Shown: positions 9,881 to 19,665 of the stretch, piece by piece | Layout: each line of letters begins with the position of its first letter | How positions within the stretch are numbered: the first letter of the stretch is position 1 | Assembly: GCA_036126475.1 (NCBI GenBank) | Contig: JAYYSE010000125.1 | Span: 12,159 to 76,158 of the forward strand | Direction of reading: 5' to 3' | DNA from: Pseudomonadota bacterium | GTDB taxonomy: Bacteria; Pseudomonadota; Gammaproteobacteria; Enterobacterales; Vibrionaceae | DNA: 64,000 nt | Translations under genes and position numbers: made by a program | The notes under the pieces: generated by a model | Seen by the model: only the letters and a program-made list of their open reading frames with translations | Databases searched by the model: none | Told to the model about the DNA's origin: nothing

Positions 9881-10948
9881 TTAAACAATCGGCTTTTGAC
9901 CGCGTTCAATCAGCTTCATCAGCACGCTGTCTGCGGATTTACCTGCCACGCCTGCTAGCTTGTCCGATAGCTTTTTCTTCTGTACATAGTGAATCGCTAA
10001 CACTGTCTTGTCTTTGCATGCTTCAACAACCAGGTCATCAGAAGTGCGAATCTCATCCACCAGCCCAAGTTCATGAGCTTGCGTACCAAACCAGTGTTCA
10101 CCCGTCGCCACTTTATCAAGATCAAGTGCTGGGCGATGGTCGTGAATGAAGTCTTTGAATAGACCATGTGTCTCTTCTAGCTCTTCTTTAAACTTCTCAC
10201 GTGCTTTATCGCTGTTCTCACCAAACATAGTCAGTGTGCGCTTGTACTCACCTGCTGTTAGCTGTTCGAACTCGATATCGTGCTTCTTAAGCAATTTGTT
10301 AAAGTTTGGCAGTTGAGCGATCACCCCAATAGAACCAACGATAGCGAAAGGCGCTGACACAATTTTGTCTGCAATACATGCCATCATGTAACCGCCGCTT
10401 GCTGCCACTTTGTCTACCGAGATAGTAAGAGGTAGGCCTGCTGCTTTGATACGATCAAGTTGAGAAGACGCCAAACCGTAGCCGTGAACCATGCCACCAC
10501 CAGATTCAAGCTTAAGTAATACTTCATCGCCTTCACGAGCAACAGCCAGAACCGCCGTTACCTCTTCACGTAATGAAGCCACTTCTTTCGCATCAATGCT
10601 GCCGTTAAAATCAAGAACGAATAGATGTGGTTCACGCTTGCTATCAAGCTCGCCCTCTTTCGCTGCTTTTTTCACTTCTTTACCGCGTGATTTTACTTTC
10701 TCTTTTTCCGCTTTCTTTTCTGCTTTATCACGGGCTTTGATGAAAGCATCATCGTGTAGATGGTGCTCTAATTGTTCGATTGTCTGTTTATGGTGTTCAG
10801 ATAGGTTCGTGATTTCCAGCTCACCTTTAATCGCGCTTGATTTTCCACCCACAGATTTAGCAATAACTAAAATTGCGATGATGGCGATTACAACGGTCGC
10901 AATCTTGGCTAAAAACAAGCCGTAGTCCAACAAAAATTCCAATGTCAT
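9881..10948 (-). CDS. sohB: Inner-membrane S49 peptidase SohB
   Basis: N-terminal TM segment, LESGGG, AASGGY, GSIGV motifs. Confidence 0.96.
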   Translation of the reverse strand: MTLEFLLDYGLFLAKIATVVIAIIAILVIAKSVGGKSSAIKGELEITNLSEHHKQTIEQLEHHLHDDAFIKARDKAEKKAEKEKVKSRGKEVKKAAKEGELDSKREPHLFVLDFNGSIDAKEVASLREEVTAVLAVAREGDEVLLKLESGGGMVHGYGLASSQLDRIKAAGLPLTISVDKVAASGGYMMACIADKIVSAPFAIVGSIGVIAQLPNFNKLLKKHDIEFEQLTAGEYKRTLTMFGENSDKAREKFKEELEETHGLFKDFIHDHRPALDLDKVATGEHWFGTQAHELGLVDEIRTSDDLVVEACKDKTVLAIHYVQKKKLSDKLAGVAGKSADSVLMKLIERGQKPIV

Positions 10949-11085
10949 ATCCCCTAATGTATGAATTAGTGTATTGTAACCATCTTGTCACGATTACCAA
11001 GAATTTCTCATCATTCCGGCGGTTATCTGTGTGATTAAACATCAATGGAATGGCGAACATAACAAAAGAAAGAAGGAGAAGCACA

Positions 11086-11826
11086 GTGGATTACCCAATC
11101 TCTACAGATGCCCTCAAAGATAAAGTAATTTTGGTTACTGGTGCTGGTGCCGGTATTGGACGCCAAGCAGCACTAAGCTTCGCTCAACATGGCGCGACAG
11201 TTATTCTGCTAGGCCGCAATGTTAAAAACCTTGAATTTATTTACGATGAAATCGAAAGTGCTGGTTACCCACAGCCTGCGATCATCCCATTAGATCTAAA
11301 AGGCGCGACAAAGCAGAACTACATTGATATGGCTGAAACCATTGAGTCACAGTTCGGTCGTTTAGATGGTTTACTACATAATGCTGGCGTTCTCGGTACT
11401 CTGAGCCCGTTTGAGCAGATTGATGAAGAGACTTTTGATGATGTTATGCAGATCAATGTGAAGTCTGAATTCTTGATGACTCAAGCACTTCTGCCTGCTC
11501 TTAAGAAAGCGGAAGCAGGTCGTATCGTATTTACCTCTTCTACCGTTGGCCACTCTGGCCGTGCATTCTGGGGCACTTACGCGATCTCTAAGTTTGCTAC
11601 CGAAGGTATGATGCAAATCCTAGCGGATGAGCTTGAAGGCACCGACATCCGTGTTAATGCGATCAACCCGGGCGGCACTCAAACACGCATGCGTGCAAAA
11701 GCGTACCCTGGTGAGGATGCCAACAAGCTGAAAACACCACTAGACATCATCCCACTGTACCTACACTTAATGAACCCAAGTGTGACAGACATTAATGGCC
11801 AATGTATCGACGCTCAACCTAAGTAG
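11086..11826 (+). CDS. yciK: YciK family short-chain dehydrogenase
   Basis: TGAGAGIG, YAISK (YxxxK), NPGGTQTRMRA. GTG start behind AGGAG; divergent from sohB. Confidence 0.93.
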   Translation: MDYPISTDALKDKVILVTGAGAGIGRQAALSFAQHGATVILLGRNVKNLEFIYDEIESAGYPQPAIIPLDLKGATKQNYIDMAETIESQFGRLDGLLHNAGVLGTLSPFEQIDEETFDDVMQINVKSEFLMTQALLPALKKAEAGRIVFTSSTVGHSGRAFWGTYAISKFATEGMMQILADELEGTDIRVNAINPGGTQTRMRAKAYPGEDANKLKTPLDIIPLYLHLMNPSVTDINGQCIDAQPK

Positions 11827-11846
11827 TTGATATTATAACCAATCGT

Positions 11847-11874
11847 AAAAAGTCGCTTCAATAGCGGCTTTTTT
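11847..11874 (+). terminator. Intrinsic terminator after yciK
   Basis: AAAAAGTCGCT-TCAAT-AGCGGCTTTTTT. Confidence 0.75.
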
Positions 11875-11877
11875 AGG

Positions 11878-12350
11878 TTCATCGATGATAGCTTTGGAAA
11901 GGGTAATGACGAACAAGGATTGCAACAACCCAGCGAGATGCAGGATTTACTTAAGGATTTCACCAGTGTTGGGATCTCCTTGAATAAGCCCCCCATCACG
12001 TTACTGGAAGTAGGCCAACCGATTAGGTCGAATCACTCATATGAAGACTTAAAACAACAACGACACAAGTCCATGGTCACCGTCGTTGGTCTTGTAATTG
12101 GCAAGCAATCACCCGGAACCGCAGCTGGCGTCACCTTTGTCACACTGGAAGATAATACAGGCAATATTTACGTGATGGTATGTGAAACCACAGCACGCGC
12201 TCAACAGCAAGCGTACCTCACAGCTAAGGCGTTAAAGGTGCAAGGCATCCTAGAAAAGAAGATGAAATGGTACATGTGATTGCTGGGAAGCTTATCGACA
12301 TTACCGATGAAAACGTTGGCTTAAAGAACAAGTCGCGAGACTTTCATTAA
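11878..12350 (+). pseudogene. dnaE2: Truncated, frameshifted C-terminal relic of error-prone DNA polymerase DnaE2 (ImuC)
   Basis: OB-fold motif QSPGTAAGVTFVTLEDNTG in one frame. After a -1 shift near 12256 the frame continues EDEMVHVIAGKLIDIT...SRDFH*, the diagnostic DnaE2 C-terminus. The PHP and polymerase domains are absent. Confidence 0.9.
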
Positions 12351-12389
12351 TAACTCAGTCCGCTGTTTTATATCGCTTAGTAAAAAACG

Positions 12390-12419
12390 AAAAAGGGAAG
12401 CATCTGCCTCCCTTTATTT
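12390..12419 (+). terminator. Terminator-like hairpin after the dnaE2 relic
   Basis: AAAAAGGGAAGC-ATCT-GCCTCCCTTTATTT. Confidence 0.6.
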
Positions 12420-12659
12420 CAAATTGTTGAGTTATACCTCAACGTCAGCTTCCGTAAGTCTTCTCTTAAATTCCCTATATAGTAATAAGCTTAAAGTCAT
12501 AACAACTTTAGACGTTAACCATATCATTAAGAGGAACGACCTTAGATTGTGCTTGAAAAGTTACGTTAGTCGAAATGCATATTTCGTGACGATTAATACA
12601 CTGCGCCAATAATAGCAAACGTTCCCTATCAGGTTACTCAAAACGAATGACGGTATGAT

Positions 12660-13601
12660 TTACAAAATCTGACGCATACGCTCTTGAGTTACCTCAACCA
12701 ACAAGTCTGGTTGGAATTTAGAAATGAAGCGGTTACACCCTACTTTTTCCACCATCGCCTCATTAAAACTTCCGCTTAATGAAGTATTTAGCGTAATAAA
12801 TAGGTCATGCATTCTCAGGTCAGAGCGCACTTCATGAGTCAGTTTGTAGCCATCCATCTCAGGCATTTCAGCATCAGTGATCATCAACAGTATTTCTTGA
12901 TTGATGTCTTTGCCCTCATCACACCAGCCCTTAAGTAAATTCAGGGCTTCTAAGCCGTCACAACATTCGATAATGTTCAAACCCAATTGCGACAAGGTGC
13001 CTTTAATTTGATTACGCGCGGTAGAAGAGTCATCAACGATCAGCACATTACGTCCTATCATCTCTTGAGCTAACTGCTCATCTAAGACACCTTCAGAGAT
13101 CGATACATCGTAATCGATGATCTCAGCCAACACCTTTTCAACGTCTATGATCTCAACGATCTTGTGCTGATCTTCTTCTTGAATGTGCGTGATAGCGGTT
13201 AAGTAATTGCCGCGACCCGTTGTCTTTGGTGGCGGCTGAATCTCTGTCCACATTGTATTGACGATATTGCGAACCTGCCCAACCAAGAAGCCTTGTACAG
13301 TTCGGTTGTACTCCGTAATGATCAAGTTACTCTCTTGCGACTCAGCACGCGATGGCGGAAAGCCAATGGCGCTGCGCAGATCAATTACAGGCACAGATTC
13401 GCCTCGCAAAGAAGCTACACCCGTAATGTGATGATGAGACCCAGGTAAACGAGTAAGCACTGGCACTTTTAGTACTTCTTTAACTTTAAATACGTTAATT
13501 GCAAATAATTGACGACTATTTAAGCTGAATAATAAGAGCTCCAGACGGTTTTCACCAACCAGTTTCGTTCTCTGATCAACCGAATTTAAAACGCCAGACA
13601 T
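12660..13601 (-). CDS. cheV: Chemotaxis protein CheV (CheW + receiver)
   Basis: VDQRTKLVGENRLELLLF, AINVFKVKEV; receiver domain IVDDS...ITDAEMPEMDG. Confidence 0.95.
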   Translation of the reverse strand: MSGVLNSVDQRTKLVGENRLELLLFSLNSRQLFAINVFKVKEVLKVPVLTRLPGSHHHITGVASLRGESVPVIDLRSAIGFPPSRAESQESNLIITEYNRTVQGFLVGQVRNIVNTMWTEIQPPPKTTGRGNYLTAITHIQEEDQHKIVEIIDVEKVLAEIIDYDVSISEGVLDEQLAQEMIGRNVLIVDDSSTARNQIKGTLSQLGLNIIECCDGLEALNLLKGWCDEGKDINQEILLMITDAEMPEMDGYKLTHEVRSDLRMHDLFITLNTSLSGSFNEAMVEKVGCNRFISKFQPDLLVEVTQERMRQIL

Positions 13602-13767
13602 ACAACACCTTAGTGAAAAATAATAACTGTGGCTACAATAGCCTACTTCAATAGGTTAAAGCAAAGCGCTAATGCACAGAATACTTAAACTAAGTACAAC
13701 AAATGCTGTTATACAAAGCTTAAGAACATGGAAAGATTCGGAGGAAGGCCAAAAGAAGAGAAAAAAG

Positions 13768-14985
13768 TTAGCCTTCAATAACTTTCATTAACAACTGACC
13801 GTCGTAAAGTGCTTGCTTGATAAGCGCAGCACCAGGCATCGTTGCTTGTTTGTAGAATCGAGATTCCACCAGCTCTAAATCTTGGTGGTAAACTGACAAG
13901 CTCTGCTCTTCAATACACTTCTGAATCGCAGGATACAGAACGCTCTTAGCTTGGTTAATGACACCACCGACTAAGATTTTTTCTGGGTTGAACAAGTTAA
14001 TCACAATGGCAATCGCTGAACCTAGGTAACGGCCTAACTGCTCAATCACTTCTACCGCCAGTGGATCACCATCAGCCGCAGCAGCACAGATTTGCTCGAT
14101 CGTAACATCTTCAAAAGCAGTCAGCGTCGATGCCTCACCATTGGCTAAACGCTCTTTCACTTGCTCACGAATCGCCTGTGAACTCGCGACCGTCTCTAAG
14201 CAACCTCGGTTACCACAATGACACATCTTGCCTTCCTTATCGATCTGGATATGACCCAATTCACCGATATTGCCGTGACGGCCTTGCAAAACGCGGCCAT
14301 CAAGAATAATCCCGGCACCTAAGCCGTGGTGAATGGAGATTAAGACAGAGTTATCATTGTCTTGAGAGTTGCCAAACAGCTTCTCCGCCAGTGCCCATGC
14401 GCGAGTATCATTGGCAATAAAAACCGGCAAGCCCGTCTCTTTATAAATCTCAGGGCCCAAAGCCAAGTTTTCGACATTGTAATGCGGCATTTGCAACACA
14501 ATACCCTGCTCTGAATTCACAAGGCCAGGGAGCGTGATCGCAATACTGGTTACCCTGTCGAGCTGCTCAGCATAAGTTTGGAAGAATTCGTCAATTTCGT
14601 GAAGAAGACGCGCAAGCACATCATCTTGGTCACGTTCGTGAATGTCGATCTTAGTATCGATAAGAACATCGCCACCCAATTCATGAAGTGCGATAGTAAG
14701 ATACCCACGTCCAAGACGCATCGACAAGAACTGCCAACCTTCGTTATTAGTTTGCAAGCCCACAGCAGGACGTCCACGAGTTGTGGCTTCTTGAACCGTC
14801 GTTTCGTGGATAAGGTGAGCTTCCATGAGTTCACGGGTAATTTTGGTAATACTCGCCGGAGCCAACTCACTTTGTTTGGACAAATCGATACGAGAAATAG
14901 GACCTTTAAGGTCAATTAGTTTATATACACGACCAGCATTGACCTGTTTGATATGATCAATATGGCCCGGTTGAGCCATGTACAT
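13768..14985 (-). CDS. mlc: ROK-family global sugar repressor Mlc
   Basis: QPGHIDHIKQVNAG N-terminus, GPISRIDLS HTH, GELGH...CHCGNRGCLE zinc motif. Confidence 0.93.
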   Translation of the reverse strand: MYMAQPGHIDHIKQVNAGRVYKLIDLKGPISRIDLSKQSELAPASITKITRELMEAHLIHETTVQEATTRGRPAVGLQTNNEGWQFLSMRLGRGYLTIALHELGGDVLIDTKIDIHERDQDDVLARLLHEIDEFFQTYAEQLDRVTSIAITLPGLVNSEQGIVLQMPHYNVENLALGPEIYKETGLPVFIANDTRAWALAEKLFGNSQDNDNSVLISIHHGLGAGIILDGRVLQGRHGNIGELGHIQIDKEGKMCHCGNRGCLETVASSQAIREQVKERLANGEASTLTAFEDVTIEQICAAAADGDPLAVEVIEQLGRYLGSAIAIVINLFNPEKILVGGVINQAKSVLYPAIQKCIEEQSLSVYHQDLELVESRFYKQATMPGAALIKQALYDGQLLMKVIEG

Positions 14986-15013
14986 TTTACGCTCCAGAAA
15001 TCATCAACGGGAT

Positions 15014-15038
15014 AATTTTTTTACTTTGCGAAGTAATT
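15014..15038. promoter_or_regulatory. Putative Mlc operator (autoregulation)
   Basis: TAATTTTTTTACTTTGCGAAGTAAT has the TT-N9-AA Mlc/NagC core with AT-rich flanks, just upstream of the mlc start. Confidence 0.55.
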
Positions 15039-15060
15039 GTGAAGTCACTTGGTATATCGC

Positions 15061-15076
15061 CGTGACCAGTATCACG
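15061..15076. promoter_or_regulatory. Putative CRP site between mlc and pykA
   Basis: CGTGA-CCAGTA-TCACG matches TGTGA-N6-TCACA symmetrically. A second weaker site TGTGT-N6-TCAAA lies at 15093..15108. Confidence 0.65.
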
Positions 15077-15304
15077 TATATACATGAATCTTTGTGTATC
15101 TAGTCAAATAGTTTAAGAAAAGTTAACACCCACATCGATGAATTGAGACTTAATTTTCATAAAAAAACATTGCGTTTGAGCCCTGAATTCAATAATTAAA
15201 GGGATATCAATAAATATCCTCCTAGCTCCCAATAAATTATCAATTAATGCATATACTTAATTCAGTCTTTTAAAAAGATTACTGACATCACTCTAGGAGC
15301 ATTC

Positions 15305-16750
15305 ATGACAGCTGAATTAAGAAAAACGAAAATCGTCACAACGCTAGGCCCCTCTACCGATAAAGGTAACGTGCTTGAAGAGATCATCAAAGCCGGTGCC
15401 AATATTGTTCGTATGAACTTCTCCCACGGCAGCAGCGACGACCATATACAACGTGCAGAAAAAGTCAGAGCAATCGCAAAAAAACTGGGGACACAAATCG
15501 CTATTCTCGGCGACCTTCAAGGTCCCAAGATTCGTGTGTCGACATTCAAAGATGACAAAATTCAACTTGCTGTTGGCGATGAATTCACCCTCGACAGCAG
15601 CTTCGGTTTAGGCGAAGGCAACCAACAAGCCGTTGGCCTCGACTATAAAGAACTACCGAACGATGTATCAGCCGGTGACATCCTGTTAATTGATGATGGT
15701 CGTGTGCAACTTAAAGTCACCAAGGTCGAAGGTTGTCGTGTTCATACCGAAGTCATCATTGGTGGCCCGCTATCCAACAACAAAGGCATCAACAAAAAAG
15801 GCGGTGGGCTCTCTGCAGAAGCGCTGACCGACAAAGACAAACGAGACATCGTCACCGCCGCCCAAATCCAAGTCGATTACCTCGCTGTCTCTTTCCCTCG
15901 TAACGGCGAAGACATTCACTACGCTCGCCAACTTGCGCGCGAAGCAGGCTTAGAAGCTCACCTAGTAGCCAAAGTAGAGCGAGCAGAGACGGTATCGACC
16001 GTTGAGAACATGGATGACATCATAATGGCTTCAGATGTTGTCATGGTGGCTCGTGGTGACCTCGGAGTAGAAATTGGTGACCCTGAGTTGGTCGGTGTAC
16101 AAAAACAGCTTATACGCCGCGCTAGAGCCCTTAATCGCACTATCATCACTGCAACTCAGATGATGGAGTCAATGATCTCCGCTCCAATGCCTACCCGTGC
16201 TGAAGTAATGGATGTTGCCAACGCAGTACTTGATGGCACTGATGCAGTAATGTTGTCTGGTGAAACCGCTGCCGGACAATACCCAGTAGAGACAGTAAAA
16301 TCGATGGCTGAAGTGTGTGTTGGTGCTGAAAAAATGGCGAACGTCAATCAGTCCAACTACCGAATTGACCGCACTTTCGTGACAGCGGAAGAAACAGTAT
16401 CAATGGCAACCATCTACTCTGCTAACCACATGGAAGGTATTAAAGGCGTAGTCACGCTGACTGAGTCTGGGCGCACTGCTTTGATGATGTCTCGTTTAAG
16501 TGCTGATATGCCTATCTTCGCCCTGTCTCGTAACGAAGGAACACTAAACCGTTGTACCTTGTATCGTGGCGTAACCCCTATCTATTTTGAGACAGAAGCC
16601 AAAGACAGCTTTGACATTGCGCGATCAACACTTGATTGCCTTAAAGAGAAAGGACACCTCAAGTTTGGTGATCTCGTAATCATTACTCAAGGCGATATCA
16701 TGGACGTGGCTGGTTCAACCAACTGTATGAGAATCCTACCTGTCACCTAG
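15305..16750 (+). CDS. pykA: Pyruvate kinase II
   Basis: [45 protein letters not shown]. Confidence 0.95.
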   Translation: MTAELRKTKIVTTLGPSTDKGNVLEEIIKAGANIVRMNFSHGSSDDHIQRAEKVRAIAKKLGTQIAILGDLQGPKIRVSTFKDDKIQLAVGDEFTLDSSFGLGEGNQQAVGLDYKELPNDVSAGDILLIDDGRVQLKVTKVEGCRVHTEVIIGGPLSNNKGINKKGGGLSAEALTDKDKRDIVTAAQIQVDYLAVSFPRNGEDIHYARQLAREAGLEAHLVAKVERAETVSTVENMDDIIMASDVVMVARGDLGVEIGDPELVGVQKQLIRRARALNRTIITATQMMESMISAPMPTRAEVMDVANAVLDGTDAVMLSGETAAGQYPVETVKSMAEVCVGAEKMANVNQSNYRIDRTFVTAEETVSMATIYSANHMEGIKGVVTLTESGRTALMMSRLSADMPIFALSRNEGTLNRCTLYRGVTPIYFETEAKDSFDIARSTLDCLKEKGHLKFGDLVIITQGDIMDVAGSTNCMRILPVT

Positions 16751-16797
16751 CTAAAAGCAGATAAAGCCAATAAACGACGATAAGATGAGATAAAAGT

Positions 16798-16834
16798 AAA
16801 AGGGTTATCGAACTAAGTTCAATAACCCTTTTTT
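16798..16834. terminator. Bidirectional terminator between pykA and patatin gene
   Basis: AAAAGGGTTATCGAAC-TAA-GTTCAATAACCCTTTTTT. Confidence 0.8.
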
Positions 16835-16883
16835 CATTTCAATGATGTTATCTCACAAGGCTAACTATAGCTTTGCAGCCGCA

Positions 16884-18098
16884 TTATTTATCAATAACAA
16901 TACTTGTCAGTTGCGGCATGTGGGAACTGCGAGCGTTTTCTGTTGTGGTATAAGTTTCAACGAATCGATAGCCGGCCTCTAAACCCAATTCGTAATCATG
17001 GAGCAAATCTTCTTTGTCACTCATTAAAGAGCTAGATTTTAACGGTTTACTTGGCGCGATCTGCACCACAAAGGCATCATCCGGAGGAGAATTCAAAAAG
17101 TCTTGAGTCAACGAGTAGGTTTGGTAGTGCACCATCAACATGTCGGCCAACCCAGAATCAAACTTATCACCAATTAAATGGCTTAAACGGTAAATATCAT
17201 CAGCGCCAAACAACCATCGACCACCATTTAGCAAATCTAAATGCCCACGGTCACGCTTCTGTTCTTTAGAGCGTAGGATCTGCTGCTGGAAGAAAGAAGT
17301 CCAGTCCATTTTCCATTGCTCCACTTTTTGTTGCCAATGGCCTTGAACACTATCGAACGACTCTCGGAACCACTCCAGTTCCTCGGCAGTTACCGGTTTC
17401 GGTGCTTGGGTTTTCTGTTGCTGCTGCGGCGCTTGAACTGGCGGTCTCCCCTCTTCAACCGTTACTGGTTCGGTACGAATTACAACAATAGAACGAGCTT
17501 GCCTACGCCACGCTTCTTGAACGGGAATAGAGGCAGACACACCGCCATCCACATAAGCGTTATCACCAATCAAGATCTCATCATTGTACAATCGAGGGAT
17601 CGCACAAGTCGCAATCATCACCTTGTACCAATCGTCTCCCAACAGAGGAAAGTAGTGATCTCGTAAATCTTTAGAATCCGTTACCGCCGCGTAGAAGTGG
17701 CGTTCACCCAAGGTTTGCCGCCCTAAATCAAGATCGATCTTATAAGGGTCAGCCATGATTTGCTCTAAGGCCCACTCAAGCCCTAAATTCTTCCTATGTC
17801 GTATGTAAGAGAACAGATTAAAGAACTCTGGAGACGTGGTCAGGTCAAGGACAAAAGAACGCCCTAAGCCTTTATCACGGCACAAATAGGCACATAAGTT
17901 AAGCGCACCTGCCGATGTACCAAAGAATTCATCGAAAGGGTCAAAATTAGAAAGGAGAAAAGCGTCAAGAACGCCTGAGGTAAAAATACTTCTCTGCCCG
18001 CCACCTTGAGCGACCAGTGCTGTTTTACCAGCAATAAACTTAGCGTAATAATCTAATTCTATTGCTGTATCAATATTGGTTACAATCCCACTATTCAT
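16884..18098 (-). CDS. Patatin-like phospholipase (YjjU/DUF6363-like)
   Basis: QGGGQR oxyanion loop, GTSAG nucleophile, DGG catalytic Asp motif. Confidence 0.88.
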   Translation of the reverse strand: MNSGIVTNIDTAIELDYYAKFIAGKTALVAQGGGQRSIFTSGVLDAFLLSNFDPFDEFFGTSAGALNLCAYLCRDKGLGRSFVLDLTTSPEFFNLFSYIRHRKNLGLEWALEQIMADPYKIDLDLGRQTLGERHFYAAVTDSKDLRDHYFPLLGDDWYKVMIATCAIPRLYNDEILIGDNAYVDGGVSASIPVQEAWRRQARSIVVIRTEPVTVEEGRPPVQAPQQQQKTQAPKPVTAEELEWFRESFDSVQGHWQQKVEQWKMDWTSFFQQQILRSKEQKRDRGHLDLLNGGRWLFGADDIYRLSHLIGDKFDSGLADMLMVHYQTYSLTQDFLNSPPDDAFVVQIAPSKPLKSSSLMSDKEDLLHDYELGLEAGYRFVETYTTTENARSSHMPQLTSIVIDK

Positions 18099-18139
18099 TA
18101 TTCCCTGAGTATAAAAACTCAGCCTCGTAATAAATGGTA

Positions 18140-18229
18140 CTAACTGCCAATAGCAATAAAGCCAAATGAAAGAATGATGAAGTAAACAAACGCTGTAATT
18201 TGTAGGGCATTTTTCAGATTATGTTCCAT
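18140..18229 (-). CDS. 29-aa single-TM micropeptide, YnhF/CydH-like (not in the ORF track)
   Basis: MEHNLKNALQITAFVYFIILSFGFIAIGS* behind an AGAGGTG SD. Length and M-x-x-x-LK-x-x-L plus TM pattern resemble YnhF. Confidence 0.7.
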   Translation of the reverse strand: MEHNLKNALQITAFVYFIILSFGFIAIGS

Positions 18230-18373
18230 AGACACCTCTGGCTTATTATTAATTTGTCGAGTCTCTATTTAAGTACTATCAGGTGTGTGAAGTATCTTCA
18301 AGAATCGTCGAAATTAGTCGCTCGATATTGATGTAACCATCACAATTAGTGGGTGTATGATAAGGATATACTC

Positions 18374-18967
18374 ATGAATAACAAAGTAAATATGACGATG
18401 TTGGTTGCGCTTCTCTCGGCTTCGAGTGTTTATGCCTCACCTGAGATAATTATTACTCCGATGGTTGGCTATACCGGTGGTGGTAGTGTCGAAGATCAAG
18501 ATGGCAAAACCTATGATATGAAAGGATCTGAAAACTACACTTTTGCGATTGAGACAACACTTGAGAAAGGGCGTGTTGGTTTCTTTTACTCAAACCAAAG
18601 CTCTGAATTAGAAACGCTAAACCTGAGCTCCTCGATCCAATATCTGCACTTTCAAAGTAGCATTTACTACCCGGCTTCCTCGGTATTGTCTGGATACCTA
18701 GGCTTAGGCCTTGGCGCATCTTATGTCGATGTAGATTGGGCGAAAGATAAATACGGCTTCTCTACATCAATCTTTGGCGGCTTAGAATATAAATTGAGCG
18801 ATCGCTTAGCGCTTAATACCCAAGTTCGTTGGTTAGGAATGGTAGTTGATAACGACACAACTGCTGTATGTAACATCCCAAGCAATGGGCAAGACTGCAT
18901 TATTCGTTTTGATACCGACTGGATGAATCAATTCCAAACTAATGTCGGGTTAAGTTTTACTTTCTAG
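18374..18967 (+). CDS. Outer-membrane beta-barrel protein
   Basis: ATG behind AAGGA, signal peptide ending VYA, amphipathic strands YLGLGLGASY and GGLEY, C-terminal SFTF. Confidence 0.8.
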   Translation: MNNKVNMTMLVALLSASSVYASPEIIITPMVGYTGGGSVEDQDGKTYDMKGSENYTFAIETTLEKGRVGFFYSNQSSELETLNLSSSIQYLHFQSSIYYPASSVLSGYLGLGLGASYVDVDWAKDKYGFSTSIFGGLEYKLSDRLALNTQVRWLGMVVDNDTTAVCNIPSNGQDCIIRFDTDWMNQFQTNVGLSFTF

Positions 18968-18989
18968 ATAGTAATAAATTCAAAAAATG

Positions 18990-19016
18990 AAAAAGCCAGC
19001 GATGGCTGGCTTTTTT
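18990..19016. terminator. Bidirectional terminator
   Basis: AAAAAGCCAGC-GATG-GCTGGCTTTTTT. Confidence 0.85.
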
Positions 19017-19040
19017 CTGTAGCTCGTTTGAAGTTCAACC

Positions 19041-19445
19041 TTAGAACTTGTAGGTAACACCCAGAGCACCACCTAGTTGTAGTTCAACGCCTTTGTACAT
19101 GTCGAGTTCTGGGTGAAGTTGTGCGTACGCATTCCAACCTTCATAGAAGTTCACTTTGACACCTAACGGTAAACGCAGACCAAAGTCGTCATTCCACTCT
19201 GCCCATGCACCCGCACCAACATACCAGCTCAATGGCGCTTCTGTCTCAAACTGACCACGCTTCCAAATATAATCAAATGCAGCACCGTCATTGCCAACAC
19301 TGACACGGTATTTCTGGTCAAACTCAACAACGGCACTCAGATCTTGGTCAACGGCTAAACCAACTTCTAACGCAGGAGCTTCAGAAGCATGAGCAAACGA
19401 GGTGAGGCTGCCGCACATAAGGCCAATCAAGTAACGATTTTTCAT
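19041..19445 (-). CDS. Small exported protein, probable beta-barrel OMP of unknown function
   Basis: Signal peptide ending AHA, WYVGAGAW, GLRLPLGV, C-terminal TYKF. Confidence 0.75.
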   Translation of the reverse strand: MKNRYLIGLMCGSLTSFAHASEAPALEVGLAVDQDLSAVVEFDQKYRVSVGNDGAAFDYIWKRGQFETEAPLSWYVGAGAWAEWNDDFGLRLPLGVKVNFYEGWNAYAQLHPELDMYKGVELQLGGALGVTYKF

Positions 19446-19618
19446 AGTATTCTCAAACTGTTTCAGAAAGCGGTAGGTTAATTAAAAACCAACACCATTT
19501 GTCATCATAAAGTTAAAGATAGCAGACCACCAAAGATCATAAGCATAGGTGAACAGTTTCAAATAAATGACAAATACCTGAGAGATAAAAGAATAAGCCA
19601 GATGAAACAGTAGAAAAC

Positions 19619-19645
19619 AAAAAAGGAGGCATTTAGGCCTCCTTT
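19619..19645 (-). terminator. Terminator after ptsG
   Basis: AAAAAAGGAGGC-ATTTAG-GCCTCCTTT; U-tract on the minus strand. Confidence 0.75.
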
Positions 19646-19665
19646 CAATTAATTGAATCAGTGAA

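Noticed and set aside
12424-12612. 62-aa TTG-start ORF between the dnaE2 relic and cheV
   Set aside because: No SD, AT-rich, no recognisable motif; cannot be supported as a gene.
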